Assembly (NCBI GenBank): GCA_963665295.1
Contig: OY762209.1
Location: forward strand, 4,096,001 to 4,160,000
Direction of reading: 5' to 3'
DNA length: 64,000 bases
Source: Syntrophorhabdaceae bacterium
Lineage (GTDB): Bacteria > Desulfobacterota > Syntrophorhabdia > Syntrophorhabdales > Syntrophorhabdaceae
Below the pieces are notes generated by a model. It was not told the origin of the DNA, ran no database searches, and saw nothing but the letters and a program-made list of their open reading frames with translations. A program made the translations under genes and the position numbers. Below, piece after piece: positions 10,815 to 21,108 of this stretch. Position 1 is the stretch's first letter. Each line of letters starts with the position of its first letter.

Positions 10815-13474
10815 TGAAAGTCATTACGAGTCATAATAATGCCGATTTTGATTCGCTTTCATCCATGGTAGCCGCAAAAAAGCTCTATCCCGACGCCATC
10901 CTGGCCTTTCCCGGCTCCCAGGAAAAGACGCTGAGGGAGTTCCTCATCAATTCCACCCTTTATGTCTACGACATAGGGAAGATGAAGAAGATCGACTACG
11001 AACTCATCGACACATTGATCCTTGTGGATACCCGGCAAAGGACAAGGATCGGGGATTTCGCTAAAGCCGCGGCCAATGAAAAGGTGAAGATTCACATATA
11101 CGATCACCATCCACCTTCCAGGGAAGACCTGAAAGGTGAAGTCGAGGTTATAAGGAATACGGGGGCCTGCGTCACCATACTCATATCCCTGCTGAGAGAG
11201 CAGCAAATACCCATCTCCCCGGAAGAGGCAACCATCATGATGTTGGGCATTTACGAGGAGACTGGCAGTTTCCTTTTCCCTTCCACCACCATCGACGATT
11301 TTCAGGCTGCATCCTTTCTCCTCTCAAAAGGGGCGAACGTCAACCTCGTCTCCGATATGCTCGTAAAAGAGATCACCCCTGAACAGGTATTCCTTCTCAA
11401 TGACCTTATCAGCAATGCGACCGTTTACAGCATCAATGGAGTGGACGTGGTAATAGCCGAGGGAAGTTCCGAGAGCTACGTGGGAGATCTCGCCGTGGTT
11501 GTCCACAAATTCAGGGATATGGAGAATATCAACGTGGTATTTGCTTTGTTCAGAATGGAGGACAGAGTGTATATCATAGGGAGAAGTCGTATTCCCGAGG
11601 TCGATGTGGGTCACATATTGTCCCTCCTTGGCGGTGGCGGGCACAAGGAGGCAGCCTCTTCCACGATCAAGGATATGACCATAATCGAGGCGCAGGAATC
11701 ACTCCTGGAGCATCTGAGGCATAATGTGAAACCCCTGTGGAGGGCAAGGGACATCATGTTCTTTCCCGTAAAATCCATAGACGCCGATGCAACTATAGAA
11801 GAAGCGCGGGTATTGATGGTCAAATACAATATAAATGCGCTCCCGGTGATTCTCAACGGCAAGGTTGCCGGCATCATCAGCAGACAGATAGTGGGCAAAG
11901 CCGCATTCCACAGGCTTGAAGATATTGCGGTAAGGGAATACATGAGCACCGAATCGGCCACGGTGGAAGAAAACGATTCCATCGAAAAGGTAAAAGAGGT
12001 CATCATCGGCGGTAATCAAAGGTTTGTGCCCGTGGTACGGGAAGGAGAACTGATCGGAGCCATTACACGAACCGATCTCCTTCGGGTGCTTGAAGACGAG
12101 ATAGCGAAGTCCATTCTCGGCAAACTTGAGTCTCACGACCTTTACCGGAAGCACAAGAACGTCAAAAAACTGATGGAGGAAAGACTCGACAGGAGCACCC
12201 TCCAGAAGCTGACGGACATAGGGAAGCTTTCGGACTCCATGGGATACCACTCCTTTCTCGTCGGCGGATTTGTAAGGGACCTTCTTCTCCGGATAGAGAA
12301 TTCCGACATCGACATCGTGATAGAAGGGGATGGTCTGACCTTTGCGGAGGAGATGGCGAAGGCCTTCAACGCCAAGGTCCGTCCCCATAAAGAATTCGGT
12401 ACGGCAAAGGTCATCTACGCCGACGGTTTCAAAATCGATATCGCGACTGCCAGGCTTGAATATTACAAAGCGCCCGCGGCTCTCCCCATAGTCGAACACA
12501 GCTCTCTGAAACTCGACTTGCACAGAAGGGATTTTACGATAAACACACTTGCCATATCCTTGAACAAAAACAACTTCGGCCAGCTCATCGATTTCTTCGG
12601 TGGACAGCGGGATATAAAAGAGAGAACTATCAGGGTGCTCCATAGCCTCAGCTTTGTGGAAGATCCGACAAGGGTGTTCAGGGCCATAAGGTTTGAGCAC
12701 AGGTTCGGGTTCCAGATCGGCAAACACACCCTCAACCTCACCAAGAACACCATCAAGATGGGCTTTTTGTCCAGGATCAGGGGCAAACGGCTATGGACCG
12801 AACTCTCGCTTATCCTTTTGGAAGACCAGCCCGAAAAGATCCTGAAGAGGCTCCAGGAGTTCGACCTTTTGAGGTCCGTCTCCCCCCACCTTACCTTCAG
12901 CAAGGAAAAGGAAAGACTCTTTCAGCAGATGCACGACGTATACAGGTGGTATGAACTCCTTTACAAGGGCAAGCCCTGTGAAAAGATCGCCTTCTACGTG
13001 CTGGGCCTGATCGATCATATGAAGCCCGAAGATATCTGGGATTTCTGCAGAAAGATGGAGATGACCGAGAGCCTGAGGCGCAAAACGGTGGGCGACATGG
13101 ACAAGATAAGGGAGATCATGGCAAAGCTCTCCTACGGCACACATACCATGAAGAAAAGCGATGCCTACAGGATGTATGAAGTCCTTTCGCAGGAAGCCAA
13201 GCTGTTTATCATGGCTCGGACCAGGTCGGAGGATATAAAAAAATCCATATCGAATTTCATTACTTACAGCGATACGTTCAAGCCGGTACTCTCGGGGAAG
13301 GATCTCAAGAAGATGGGCGTGAAGGAAGGCCCCGTGTACCGGGAGATACTGGACAGATTGAGGGATGCAAAGATCGACGACAACCTGAGGACCAAAGAGG
13401 AAGAGATAACCTTTGTAAATAGTTACATGTCAGAGAGAGGAATCACCGATGAACATGTTTCCCACACCCCTTGA
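10814..13474 (+). CDS. DHH/DHHA1-CBS-CBS-tRNA nucleotidyltransferase fusion (probable A-adding enzyme)
   Basis: HNNADFD, YDHH and GGGGH; CBS pair; GGFVRDLL..DIDIV, RRDFTIN, EDPTRVFRAIRF. Confidence 0.9.
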   Translation: MKVITSHNNADFDSLSSMVAAKKLYPDAILAFPGSQEKTLREFLINSTLYVYDIGKMKKIDYELIDTLILVDTRQRTRIGDFAKAAANEKVKIHIYDHHPPSREDLKGEVEVIRNTGACVTILISLLREQQIPISPEEATIMMLGIYEETGSFLFPSTTIDDFQAASFLLSKGANVNLVSDMLVKEITPEQVFLLNDLISNATVYSINGVDVVIAEGSSESYVGDLAVVVHKFRDMENINVVFALFRMEDRVYIIGRSRIPEVDVGHILSLLGGGGHKEAASSTIKDMTIIEAQESLLEHLRHNVKPLWRARDIMFFPVKSIDADATIEEARVLMVKYNINALPVILNGKVAGIISRQIVGKAAFHRLEDIAVREYMSTESATVEENDSIEKVKEVIIGGNQRFVPVVREGELIGAITRTDLLRVLEDEIAKSILGKLESHDLYRKHKNVKKLMEERLDRSTLQKLTDIGKLSDSMGYHSFLVGGFVRDLLLRIENSDIDIVIEGDGLTFAEEMAKAFNAKVRPHKEFGTAKVIYADGFKIDIATARLEYYKAPAALPIVEHSSLKLDLHRRDFTINTLAISLNKNNFGQLIDFFGGQRDIKERTIRVLHSLSFVEDPTRVFRAIRFEHRFGFQIGKHTLNLTKNTIKMGFLSRIRGKRLWTELSLILLEDQPEKILKRLQEFDLLRSVSPHLTFSKEKERLFQQMHDVYRWYELLYKGKPCEKIAFYVLGLIDHMKPEDIWDFCRKMEMTESLRRKTVGDMDKIREIMAKLSYGTHTMKKSDAYRMYEVLSQEAKLFIMARTRSEDIKKSISNFITYSDTFKPVLSGKDLKKMGVKEGPVYREILDRLRDAKIDDNLRTKEEEITFVNSYMSERGITDEHVSHTP

Positions 13475-14192
13475 AGTAAGTGTCGCCTGCTATGAGGGGC
13501 CGCTCGCCGTCCTCATCACCCTCATAAAGAAGAACAAGGTAAGTATCTGGGATATACCCCTTGCCGACATTACGGAAAGGTTTCTCCAATATGTGGAACT
13601 GGTAACGGAGATGAATCTCAGGATCGCGGAAGACTTCATCGAGATGGCCTCCCTTCTTATCTTCATTAAATCAAAAATGCTTCTTCCATCGGACAACGGC
13701 AACGTAGAGGACGATACGGGCGAGGAACTTGTCGAGAGGATCATTGAATACGAGCGGATAAGGGATATGTCCCGCGCGGTGGATAACCTCCCCATGCTTG
13801 ACCGTGATGTGTTTGCCCGGGGTGTGAAGACGATCGACCGTGAAACGGAGTACAATCTTCTGGAGCTTTCCTCGGTATTCTTCGAGCTTATGAGGAGCAG
13901 GGAAGAGCGGTATATGGAGATAAAGGAGATAAGACCCACCCTCGAAGAGAGGATACATATGCTCCGCACCGTTCTTGACGCCTCCGGCCTCTATGTCTGG
14001 GCTGTGGACGCAGAGGAGGAGCACAACGAGAAGGTAGCCACCATTCTCGGCATGCTTGAACTGACCAAGGTCAATGTGGCGACCTTACTCCAAAGAAGGC
14101 CTTTCGGCAAAGTCATTTTGCGGAAAAGGGGATACCCCGTTGGCGGTGGACGGCAGGGCGTACCGGCGGCGTTCGATACGAGCGCCGAATGA
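13449..14192 (+). CDS. scpA: Segregation and condensation protein A (kleisin)
   Basis: YEGPL..LI.LIKKNKV.I.DIP..ITE.FL and A.DFI.MAS.L..IKSKMLLP. Confidence 0.88.
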   Translation: MNMFPTPLEVSVACYEGPLAVLITLIKKNKVSIWDIPLADITERFLQYVELVTEMNLRIAEDFIEMASLLIFIKSKMLLPSDNGNVEDDTGEELVERIIEYERIRDMSRAVDNLPMLDRDVFARGVKTIDRETEYNLLELSSVFFELMRSREERYMEIKEIRPTLEERIHMLRTVLDASGLYVWAVDAEEEHNEKVATILGMLELTKVNVATLLQRRPFGKVILRKRGYPVGGGRQGVPAAFDTSAE

Positions 14193-14227
14193 GCACGATA
14201 TGAGACGGGCGATAAAAGGGGGTCAAC

Positions 14228-15091
14228 ATGTCTAGAACCAAGAAAACGCTTTTAGTCCTGGTGGTAATAGTAATATTCGTCTTTGTGGGCTCCTTTATCA
14301 TAGGCATCTCAGGCAAGGGTTTCGGTGACAAGATAGGAGTTGTCGAGATAGAAGGGGTCATTACCCAGTCAAGTGAAACCATGGAAGACATCGTCAAGTT
14401 CAAAGAGGACGACGCAATAAGGGGGGTCATCCTCCGGATCAACTCTCCCGGCGGGTCAGTGGGGCCCACGCAGGAAATATACCGCGAGGTAAGGAAGCTG
14501 AGAGAGAAGAAAAAGGTCTTTGTCTCAATGGGCTCCGTGTGTGCCTCGGGAGGATATTACATTGCCAGCGCGGCCGACAGGATATATGCGAACCCTTCCA
14601 CTATTACGGGGAGCATAGGCGTCATAATGGAACAGACCGTGATCGAGGACCTCCTGAAGAAGATCGGGGTGCAGGCGAATACACTTAAGGCAGGCGAATA
14701 CAAAGACGTGGGTTCTCCTTTCAGAAAGATGAAACCGGAAGAGAGGGCTTACCTCGGACGCATAATTACCGGCATACATGAACAGTTCATTTCTGACGTC
14801 GCCGCAGGAAGAGGCATGACGGTTGAAACCGCAAAAACCTTCTCCGATGGAAGAATCTACACGGGAACTCAGGCAAAAGAAATAAAGCTCGTGGACAGGA
14901 TCGGCACGTTCTACGATTGCCGGGATGAACTGAAGAGCACCCTCAACATCAAGGGGAAGCCCGTCCTCGTGTATGGAAAGAAACCCTTCTCATTTGCGAA
15001 ATGGCTTTTTTCGTCCATGGCGCACGAACTGATTTCCCAGAGCGCCACATCCCCCTTCAAGTTCCTGTTCAAGGGCGGATTGGACCTTTAA
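14228..15091 (+). CDS. sppA: Signal peptide peptidase SppA (36K type)
   Basis: N-terminal TM; LRINSPGG, ASGGYYIA, TGSIGVI, KAGEYKD, DGRIYTG. Confidence 0.95.
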   Translation: MSRTKKTLLVLVVIVIFVFVGSFIIGISGKGFGDKIGVVEIEGVITQSSETMEDIVKFKEDDAIRGVILRINSPGGSVGPTQEIYREVRKLREKKKVFVSMGSVCASGGYYIASAADRIYANPSTITGSIGVIMEQTVIEDLLKKIGVQANTLKAGEYKDVGSPFRKMKPEERAYLGRIITGIHEQFISDVAAGRGMTVETAKTFSDGRIYTGTQAKEIKLVDRIGTFYDCRDELKSTLNIKGKPVLVYGKKPFSFAKWLFSSMAHELISQSATSPFKFLFKGGLDL

Positions 15092-15108
15092 ATAAGCAAT
15101 GTTACCCT

Positions 15109-15858
15109 ATGACCACAAGAACCTCACAGCTGTCACTTCTCCTGCTTGCATGCGTACTCACAGGCCTGTCCGTTTTCGGCCATGTCGGTATGCCTGCCAC
15201 TCTCGCACAGACCGTGACTGATCCGTTCAGCCCCAGCCTCAACCTCTCATTCGCAGGCATACCGGGAGAATCGACCCAACTTCTCCTTGCAGTGGGCGAA
15301 AACCGCGCTACCAGGTCGGTTGTCCTCTACGTCCTGGAGAAGAATCGCAATGGCTGGACTTCCGCCTTTCCCTCCCCCATCAACGCGGTCATCGGTCGGA
15401 ACGGTTTCGCCGAACCAGGAGGAAAACGCGAAGGTGACGGCAAAACACCCTCCGGTGTATATGCCCTTGAGTTCGCTTTCGGCTATACTCCGGAGGCGAA
15501 CACCAGGATGCCTTACAGGAAGGCAACGGAGGCCGACGTGTGGGTCGATGACCCTGAATCTCCCGATTATAACAGGTGGGTTTCGGGAAAAACGGGGGCC
15601 TCTTCTTTTGAGCAAATGCGGCGCAGCGATGGCCTTTACAAGTACGGTATTGTAATCGGGTACAACACGAGGCCCGTGGTTCGGGGGTTGGGCAGCGCCA
15701 TATTCCTCCATCTCTGGAAAGGGACCGGGGCGCCCACGTCAGGCTGCGTGGCCATGGCGGAAAAGGACCTCCTCCGTATTCTTGCCTGGCTCGATCCAAA
15801 GAAAAAGCCCCTCATCGCCATGGGGGAGCAAAAAACCATTTTCTCTCTCGTAAAGTAA
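15109..15858 (+). CDS. Exported L,D-transpeptidase-family (YkuD-like) protein
   Basis: Signal-like N-terminus from ATG 15109; KREGDGKTPSG, GSAIFLH...PTSGCVA (His/Cys). Start uncertain. Confidence 0.85.
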   Translation: MTTRTSQLSLLLLACVLTGLSVFGHVGMPATLAQTVTDPFSPSLNLSFAGIPGESTQLLLAVGENRATRSVVLYVLEKNRNGWTSAFPSPINAVIGRNGFAEPGGKREGDGKTPSGVYALEFAFGYTPEANTRMPYRKATEADVWVDDPESPDYNRWVSGKTGASSFEQMRRSDGLYKYGIVIGYNTRPVVRGLGSAIFLHLWKGTGAPTSGCVAMAEKDLLRILAWLDPKKKPLIAMGEQKTIFSLVK

Positions 15859-15889
15859 GAATGTATGGACGGAATAGTATCGCGGGGTG

Positions 15890-17578
15890 TTACTGAAGCG
15901 TGAGCCCACCTTCTTCAAGGGCCTTTATGCACGCGTCGACCACGGAGGAGTCGTAAAGCACGCCCCTATGGCGCGAGACTTCCTGCAAGGCCTGTTCAAT
16001 CCCCAAGGCCGGCCTATAAGGTCTATGGGAAGCCATTGACTCAACTACATCGGCAACAGCCAGGATCCTCGCCTCAAGTATGAGGTCATCTCCTCTGATA
16101 CCCTCCGGGTAGCCTGAACCGTCCAGCCTCTCGTGGTGCTGTAGAACCGCCACGCTTACCGGCCAGGGAAACTCTATACCTTTCAGGATATTATATCCTA
16201 CCTGGGAGTGGGCTTTGATCATGTTGAATTCAAGGTCATTGAGTTCACCCGGTTTGCTCAGTATCTCTGCAGGAACTACTATTTTCCCTATATCGTGAAG
16301 AAATCCGATGACCTGCATACCTTCAAGCCTGTCCTCGGTAAGACCCAACTGTCCCGCTATTGCGCATGCGAGCTGCGCCACACGTCTCTGATGCCCTGCC
16401 GTGTAAGGGTCTCTCATCTCTATGGTGGTGGCGAGGGCCCGCACCGTGCCGTCAAGACTCTTTCTCAGGTTTTCAAAGCTCTCATTCAACGCCTCCCCCG
16501 CCTTCTTGCTCTCCGTGATGTCTTCCACGGTGCCTTCATAGTACTCGACCCGGCCATTGCTGTCCCGTACTGCATGGGCATTCATTGCAATCCAGATTGT
16601 CCGTCCGTCCCTTCGGAATATCCTTGTTTCAAAGCGCTGGACCGAGCCTTGTGTCTCAAGGGCCTGCCCCAGCGCGGCCCAACTCTCGGGATCGACGTAA
16701 CGCCGGTTCTTTATGTAATCCGATGCTCCATACATCTCCTGGGCCGACGAGAAACCAAGCATCCTGGCATACGCGGGATTCACGCTCAGAAATGTGCCTT
16801 CCGGAGTGCTCCGGAAAATACCGTCGATAGCATTCTCGAAGATGCTCCGGTATTGCTCCTCGGACTCCACGAGCGCGGCTTGGGCTTTCTTCCGTTCCAG
16901 GATTTCTTCCTCGAGGAAGCGCGTCTTTTCCTGCACCCTCTCTTCGAGATGATTGTTCAATTTCTTAAGTTCGAGCCTTGTCTGTTCAAGATTCCGGTTC
17001 TGGTGAAGCATGTTCTGATACGTAGAGAGCAGGTAGTTCACGATCTTTTGCGGTTCAACAGCGACGCGGAGCGTCTCCTCTCCCGTCTTGATCTCCACCA
17101 TGGCTTTTCTATCATCCTTGTTGCCCCGGGACCCTGTTTTTCCGTCGGCAAGGATGACCTCTATGGCAGAGAGCAGCACCTGTTTGTCGTAGGGCTTTGT
17201 AAGGTAATAGTCCGCCCCGGCCTCAAGACCTTTTACAATATCCCGTATGTCCGAAAGAGATGTGAGGAGTATAACAGGGATGCTATGGAGGTTCTTGTCA
17301 TCCTTTACTGCCCGGCAGAACTCATAACCGTTCATTTTTGGCATCCACACATCGCTGACAATCAGGTTGGGCCTGATCGTCATGAGCTCATACAACCCCT
17401 CGAGCCCATTCTCCACGGCGTGAACACCGTATCCGTTTTCGGTGAGAATCTTTGCGAGCGCTACAGACTGGGCTTTACTGTCCTCTGCAATGAGAATCTC
17501 CGCCTTAGCCCTGTTCAATTCTGCTCCTCCAAAACCAGGCCACCATCTTTTGACATCCTCGTCATCTCTTTGCCCCAT
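15890..17578 (-). CDS. REC-PAS-HD-GYP cyclic-dinucleotide phosphodiesterase response regulator
   Basis: Receiver (IAEDS, SDVWMP, TKP), PAS/PAC, RDPYTAGHQRRV, LHDIGK, HHERLDGSGYP. Start uncertain. Confidence 0.92.
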   Translation of the reverse strand: MGQRDDEDVKRWWPGFGGAELNRAKAEILIAEDSKAQSVALAKILTENGYGVHAVENGLEGLYELMTIRPNLIVSDVWMPKMNGYEFCRAVKDDKNLHSIPVILLTSLSDIRDIVKGLEAGADYYLTKPYDKQVLLSAIEVILADGKTGSRGNKDDRKAMVEIKTGEETLRVAVEPQKIVNYLLSTYQNMLHQNRNLEQTRLELKKLNNHLEERVQEKTRFLEEEILERKKAQAALVESEEQYRSIFENAIDGIFRSTPEGTFLSVNPAYARMLGFSSAQEMYGASDYIKNRRYVDPESWAALGQALETQGSVQRFETRIFRRDGRTIWIAMNAHAVRDSNGRVEYYEGTVEDITESKKAGEALNESFENLRKSLDGTVRALATTIEMRDPYTAGHQRRVAQLACAIAGQLGLTEDRLEGMQVIGFLHDIGKIVVPAEILSKPGELNDLEFNMIKAHSQVGYNILKGIEFPWPVSVAVLQHHERLDGSGYPEGIRGDDLILEARILAVADVVESMASHRPYRPALGIEQALQEVSRHRGVLYDSSVVDACIKALEEGGLTLQ

Positions 17579-17852
17579 TCACCGGAAAACTTGGAACCCA
17601 TTCCGGACCCGGCGTGGTGATACCAATAAATGCAACTTCCCCGAAAACCCGTCTTATGTTCCGCCTACGTCCATGTGGGCATCACGGGGTTGTGCGGGCA
17701 AACTACGGGACCTCCCCCGCACCAAGGCAAGAACCTTCACTACCTCTTAAAGTTTTCGGGTAAATTCTCAAATTCTTTAGTGCATTTTTTAACTTTCTCG
17801 GAATTTCCGGACAACTCTCCGGTTACGCCGTCAATCCCGGCGCGCAGCAGGG

Positions 17853-18308
17853 CTAAAACCCGTTCTTTGCCGAGAGAATGGCATATTCAAACCCATCGAC
17901 AAGGGCGATGAAGGATGCCATGTTGATGTTGGGCGAAATAGCGGCTACACTCCATATCTCCGCGCCGTCCGTAAATATGATAGTGACTTCCACTTGTGCC
18001 GCCGTGCCCGTCTTCGATTCGTGTATCCGCGACGAAAAGTCCACGAGCTTAATGCTCTGTATCACGGGGAATATGGAAGCAAGGGATTTCTTCAACACGT
18101 TCGCAAGGGCATCCACAGGCCCTACCCCCGTCGATGCTTCATGCATCTGACGGTCCGCCGTCCTGATAATTACGGTTGCCTCCGGTCTCACGCCGTCATC
18201 GATCAGCCTGTAGGCCCCTAAGACTTCGAAGGGGCTCCTGTGCCCGTCAAGGGAGCGGAGTATGTTGAGTTCCTTTGTCGCATCCTTTATGTCAAGAAGC
18301 CTCTTCAC
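17853..18308 (-). CDS. Free-standing LeuA/CimA allosteric (dimerisation) domain protein
   Basis: Aligns by eye with the C-terminal ~145 aa of the adjacent CimA ([26 protein letters not shown]). GTGA overlap with the cimA stop. Confidence 0.85.
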   Translation of the reverse strand: MKRLLDIKDATKELNILRSLDGHRSPFEVLGAYRLIDDGVRPEATVIIRTADRQMHEASTGVGPVDALANVLKKSLASIFPVIQSIKLVDFSSRIHESKTGTAAQVEVTIIFTDGAEIWSVAAISPNINMASFIALVDGFEYAILSAKNGF

Positions 18309-19876
18309 CTGTCCTTCTCCTCTTCAATGAGCAGTTTGTAGTCTATGCTGTCAACCAGGGCGAGCCAACTCGCCTCAATAATATTCTCGGATACACCTAC
18401 CGTACCCCATGTATGCTTTCCATCGCTGCTTTCGATAAGCACCCTTGTCGGCGCCTGAGTGCCGTCCTTCGTCGACAGTACCCTCACCTTGTAATCGACC
18501 AGTTCCATCTCCTCCAGCACCGGGTAGATCTTGTAAAGGGCTTTGCGCAACGCGTTGTCGAGAGCGTTTACCGGGCCCGTTCCGAGTGCTGCCGTATGTT
18601 CCACCCGGTCATTCACTTTCACAAGTATCGTGGCCTCGCACACGGGGTGATTCTTTTCCTTCTTGTCCACAATAATTCTGAATCCGATGAGGTCGAAATA
18701 TTTCTTGTGTATGCCCAGGCTCTTCTTGATGAGAAGTTCGAGGGAACCTTCCGCCCCCTCGAACTGATATCCGAACATTTCCAGGTCCTTTATCTTCTTT
18801 ACTACCTCTTTTGCAAGCTTCTTGTCTTTGTCTATATCTATGTTGAATTCTTTCGCCTTATAGAGAATGCTGCTTTCTCCCGAAAGATCGGAAATGAGCA
18901 CCCTCTGGACATTTCCTACAACGGCAGGCTTTATGTGTTCGTATGTCTCGGGATTTCTCCGTATGGCGCTCACATGAATGCCGCCCTTATGGGCAAAAGC
19001 ACTCTCGCCCACATAAGGTCTGTGTTTGTCGGGAATGAAGTTCGCCATCTCGTCCACGAAAAGGCTTAGCTCTCTGAGCCTGGTCAGCCTTTCCTTTTCC
19101 ATACCCTCGCAACCCATTTTCAGGACAATGCTCGGAATAATGGAACAAAGATTCGCATTGCCGCACCGCTCGCCGTAACCGTTTATCGTGCCCTGGATAT
19201 GGCGGCATCCAGCCTGTACCGCCATTAAGGTATTTGCCACCGCAAGTTCCGTATCGTTATGGGTATGAATCCCCAACGTAATCCCCGTGCCCTCCCCCAC
19301 CTTCTTTACAACTTCAAACACCTCATAGGGCATACTCCCGCCGTTGGTGTCGCAAAGTACCAGGGCATCCGCCCCTGCATCGCCGGCGGCCTTTAACACC
19401 TTCATCGCATAGGCGCTATTCTTCCTGTATCCATCAAAGAAATGCTCCGCGTCGAAGAATACGGTTTTTCCACGTCCCTTCAGATAACGGATGGTCCCGT
19501 CGATCATCTTCAGATTTGCGTCGAGACTAACCTTAAGGGCATCCCGCACATGGAGGTCCCAACTCTTGCCCACGATGGTGACATACTCCGTCTCTGCTTC
19601 CAGTACCGCCCGAATAACCTCGTCTTCCTCGGGCCTCGTCTGCGACTTCATAGTCATGCTGAACGCCACAATCTTTGTGTTCTTGAGGCGCATATTCCTG
19701 ACTTCCTTGAAATAGCTCAGGTCTTTCGGGTTCGAGCCGGGCCAGCCCCCTTCGATGTAGTGGATGCCGAACTCGTCCAGCTTCTCCGTAATCCTCAGCT
19801 TGTCCGTGAGAGAAAAGGCTATGTCTTCAGACTGTGCTCCATCACGGAGCGTGGTGTCGTAAAACTCAACCCTCAC
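18305..19876 (-). CDS. cimA: Citramalate synthase
   Basis: [53 protein letters not shown]. Confidence 0.93.
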   Translation of the reverse strand: MRVEFYDTTLRDGAQSEDIAFSLTDKLRITEKLDEFGIHYIEGGWPGSNPKDLSYFKEVRNMRLKNTKIVAFSMTMKSQTRPEEDEVIRAVLEAETEYVTIVGKSWDLHVRDALKVSLDANLKMIDGTIRYLKGRGKTVFFDAEHFFDGYRKNSAYAMKVLKAAGDAGADALVLCDTNGGSMPYEVFEVVKKVGEGTGITLGIHTHNDTELAVANTLMAVQAGCRHIQGTINGYGERCGNANLCSIIPSIVLKMGCEGMEKERLTRLRELSLFVDEMANFIPDKHRPYVGESAFAHKGGIHVSAIRRNPETYEHIKPAVVGNVQRVLISDLSGESSILYKAKEFNIDIDKDKKLAKEVVKKIKDLEMFGYQFEGAEGSLELLIKKSLGIHKKYFDLIGFRIIVDKKEKNHPVCEATILVKVNDRVEHTAALGTGPVNALDNALRKALYKIYPVLEEMELVDYKVRVLSTKDGTQAPTRVLIESSDGKHTWGTVGVSENIIEASWLALVDSIDYKLLIEEEKDR

Positions 19877-20376
19877 TTCTCCTCCTGCACATCCTCGGCG
19901 TCAAGGCCAAAAGCCGCATGAAGGGCCCGTACCGCAAGTTCCCCGTACTTGCTCTCAATTACGCAGGAGACTTTGATCTCCGATGTTGTAATGGCTTCAA
20001 TGTTGATTCCCTCCGCCGCAAGGACAGAAAACATCTTTGACGCGATGCCCGCGTGGGATATCATGCCGCGGCCGACAATGCTTACTTTGGCGATATTGTC
20101 ATCCACGGTCACCTGCGCCGCGCCGACCTCTTTCGCCTTTTCCTCCATTATCTTGTACGCCTTCTTTGCGTCCGCCCTCGATGTGGTGAAAGTAATATCC
20201 GTAAGATTGCCATGGCTCACGTTCTGCACTATCACATCCACCACGATATTTGCATCGGACAGGGCGGTAAAGATGCCTGCCGCGATTCCCGGTTTATCAG
20301 GCACGGCGTTCACGGTAATTTTTGCCTCGTTTTTACTGTAAGTTACCCCAGAAATTACAACTTTTTCCATAGACAT
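19873..20376 (-). CDS. Putative aspartate kinase beta subunit from an internal in-frame start
   Basis: SD AGGAGG (20382-20387, - strand) lies 5 nt before in-frame ATG 20376 (alternative ATG 20370) at the kinase/ACT boundary. Confidence 0.55.
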   Translation of the reverse strand: MSMEKVVISGVTYSKNEAKITVNAVPDKPGIAAGIFTALSDANIVVDVIVQNVSHGNLTDITFTTSRADAKKAYKIMEEKAKEVGAAQVTVDDNIAKVSIVGRGMISHAGIASKMFSVLAAEGINIEAITTSEIKVSCVIESKYGELAVRALHAAFGLDAEDVQEEK

Positions 20377-21108
20377 CATTCCCTCCTCGCATACAAGCGT
20401 CCCTTTCCCTTCCACCAGAGAGGATTTCACGAGAATCGGGACATTATATTTCTGTGCAAGCTCCACCGACCTTATCTGCAACACCTTCGCACCCAGGCCT
20501 GCCATTTCGAGCATCTCATCGTAAGATATCTTGTCGAGCCGCTGCGCCTTGTCACAGATATTCGGGTCCGTCGTATACACGCCGTCCACATCCGTATATA
20601 TCTCACAAAGGTCCGCGTTGAGAGCAGCAGCCAAGGCCACTCCCGTAGTATCGGAGCCTCCCCTTCCGAGGGTCGTAATATCCCCCTCTTCATTGATACC
20701 CTGAAAACCCGGTACCACCACGATCCTGCCCTTTTTCAACTCATCGAGGATGCGCTCCTTCTCCAGCCTGTCAATCCGAGCCTTTCCAAAACTTGAGTCC
20801 GTCACTATCCTTATCTGGTGACCCTGCACAGACACGGCATCATGTCCCATTTCCTTCAAGGTCAACGCAAGGAGAGCGGATGTGACCTGCTCACCCGTGG
20901 ATATGAGGACATCTACCTCTCTCTCGTCGGGAAACTTCGCAATCTGGCCGGCCAGATTAAGTAACCGGTCCGTTTCTCCGGACATCGCAGAAACAACAAT
21001 CACCATGTCGTTGCCACGATTTTTGTAGTCCACCGCCCTTCCGGCTACATTTCGAATCCGCTCAACATCTCTTACTGAGGTTCCGCCATACTTCTGCACG
21101 ACTAACAT
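19873..21108 (-). CDS. lysC: Aspartate kinase (alpha subunit; two ACT domains)
   Basis: [35 protein letters not shown]. Confidence 0.96.
   Translation of the reverse strand: MLVVQKYGGTSVRDVERIRNVAGRAVDYKNRGNDMVIVVSAMSGETDRLLNLAGQIAKFPDEREVDVLISTGEQVTSALLALTLKEMGHDAVSVQGHQIRIVTDSSFGKARIDRLEKERILDELKKGRIVVVPGFQGINEEGDITTLGRGGSDTTGVALAAALNADLCEIYTDVDGVYTTDPNICDKAQRLDKISYDEMLEMAGLGAKVLQIRSVELAQKYNVPILVKSSLVEGKGTLVCEEGMMSMEKVVISGVTYSKNEAKITVNAVPDKPGIAAGIFTALSDANIVVDVIVQNVSHGNLTDITFTTSRADAKKAYKIMEEKAKEVGAAQVTVDDNIAKVSIVGRGMISHAGIASKMFSVLAAEGINIEAITTSEIKVSCVIESKYGELAVRALHAAFGLDAEDVQEEK

Noticed and set aside
16208..17620. 470-aa antisense ORF, and similar ones at 1812-2921, 11699-12727, 50549-51895 and 57519-58439
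   Set aside because: They lie almost wholly opposite well-supported genes and show no domain signatures, as expected from codon bias.
17635..17664. ACTTCCCCGAA-N8-TTATGTTCCGC resembling a Xer/dif site
   Set aside because: The spacer is 8 rather than 6 nt and the outer right arm is poor, so it is probably chance.
17690..17725. GGGCAAACTACGGG hairpin reminiscent of a c-di-GMP-I riboswitch near the HD-GYP gene
   Set aside because: It is on the wrong strand for the downstream gene and lacks the GNRA tetraloop/receptor architecture.
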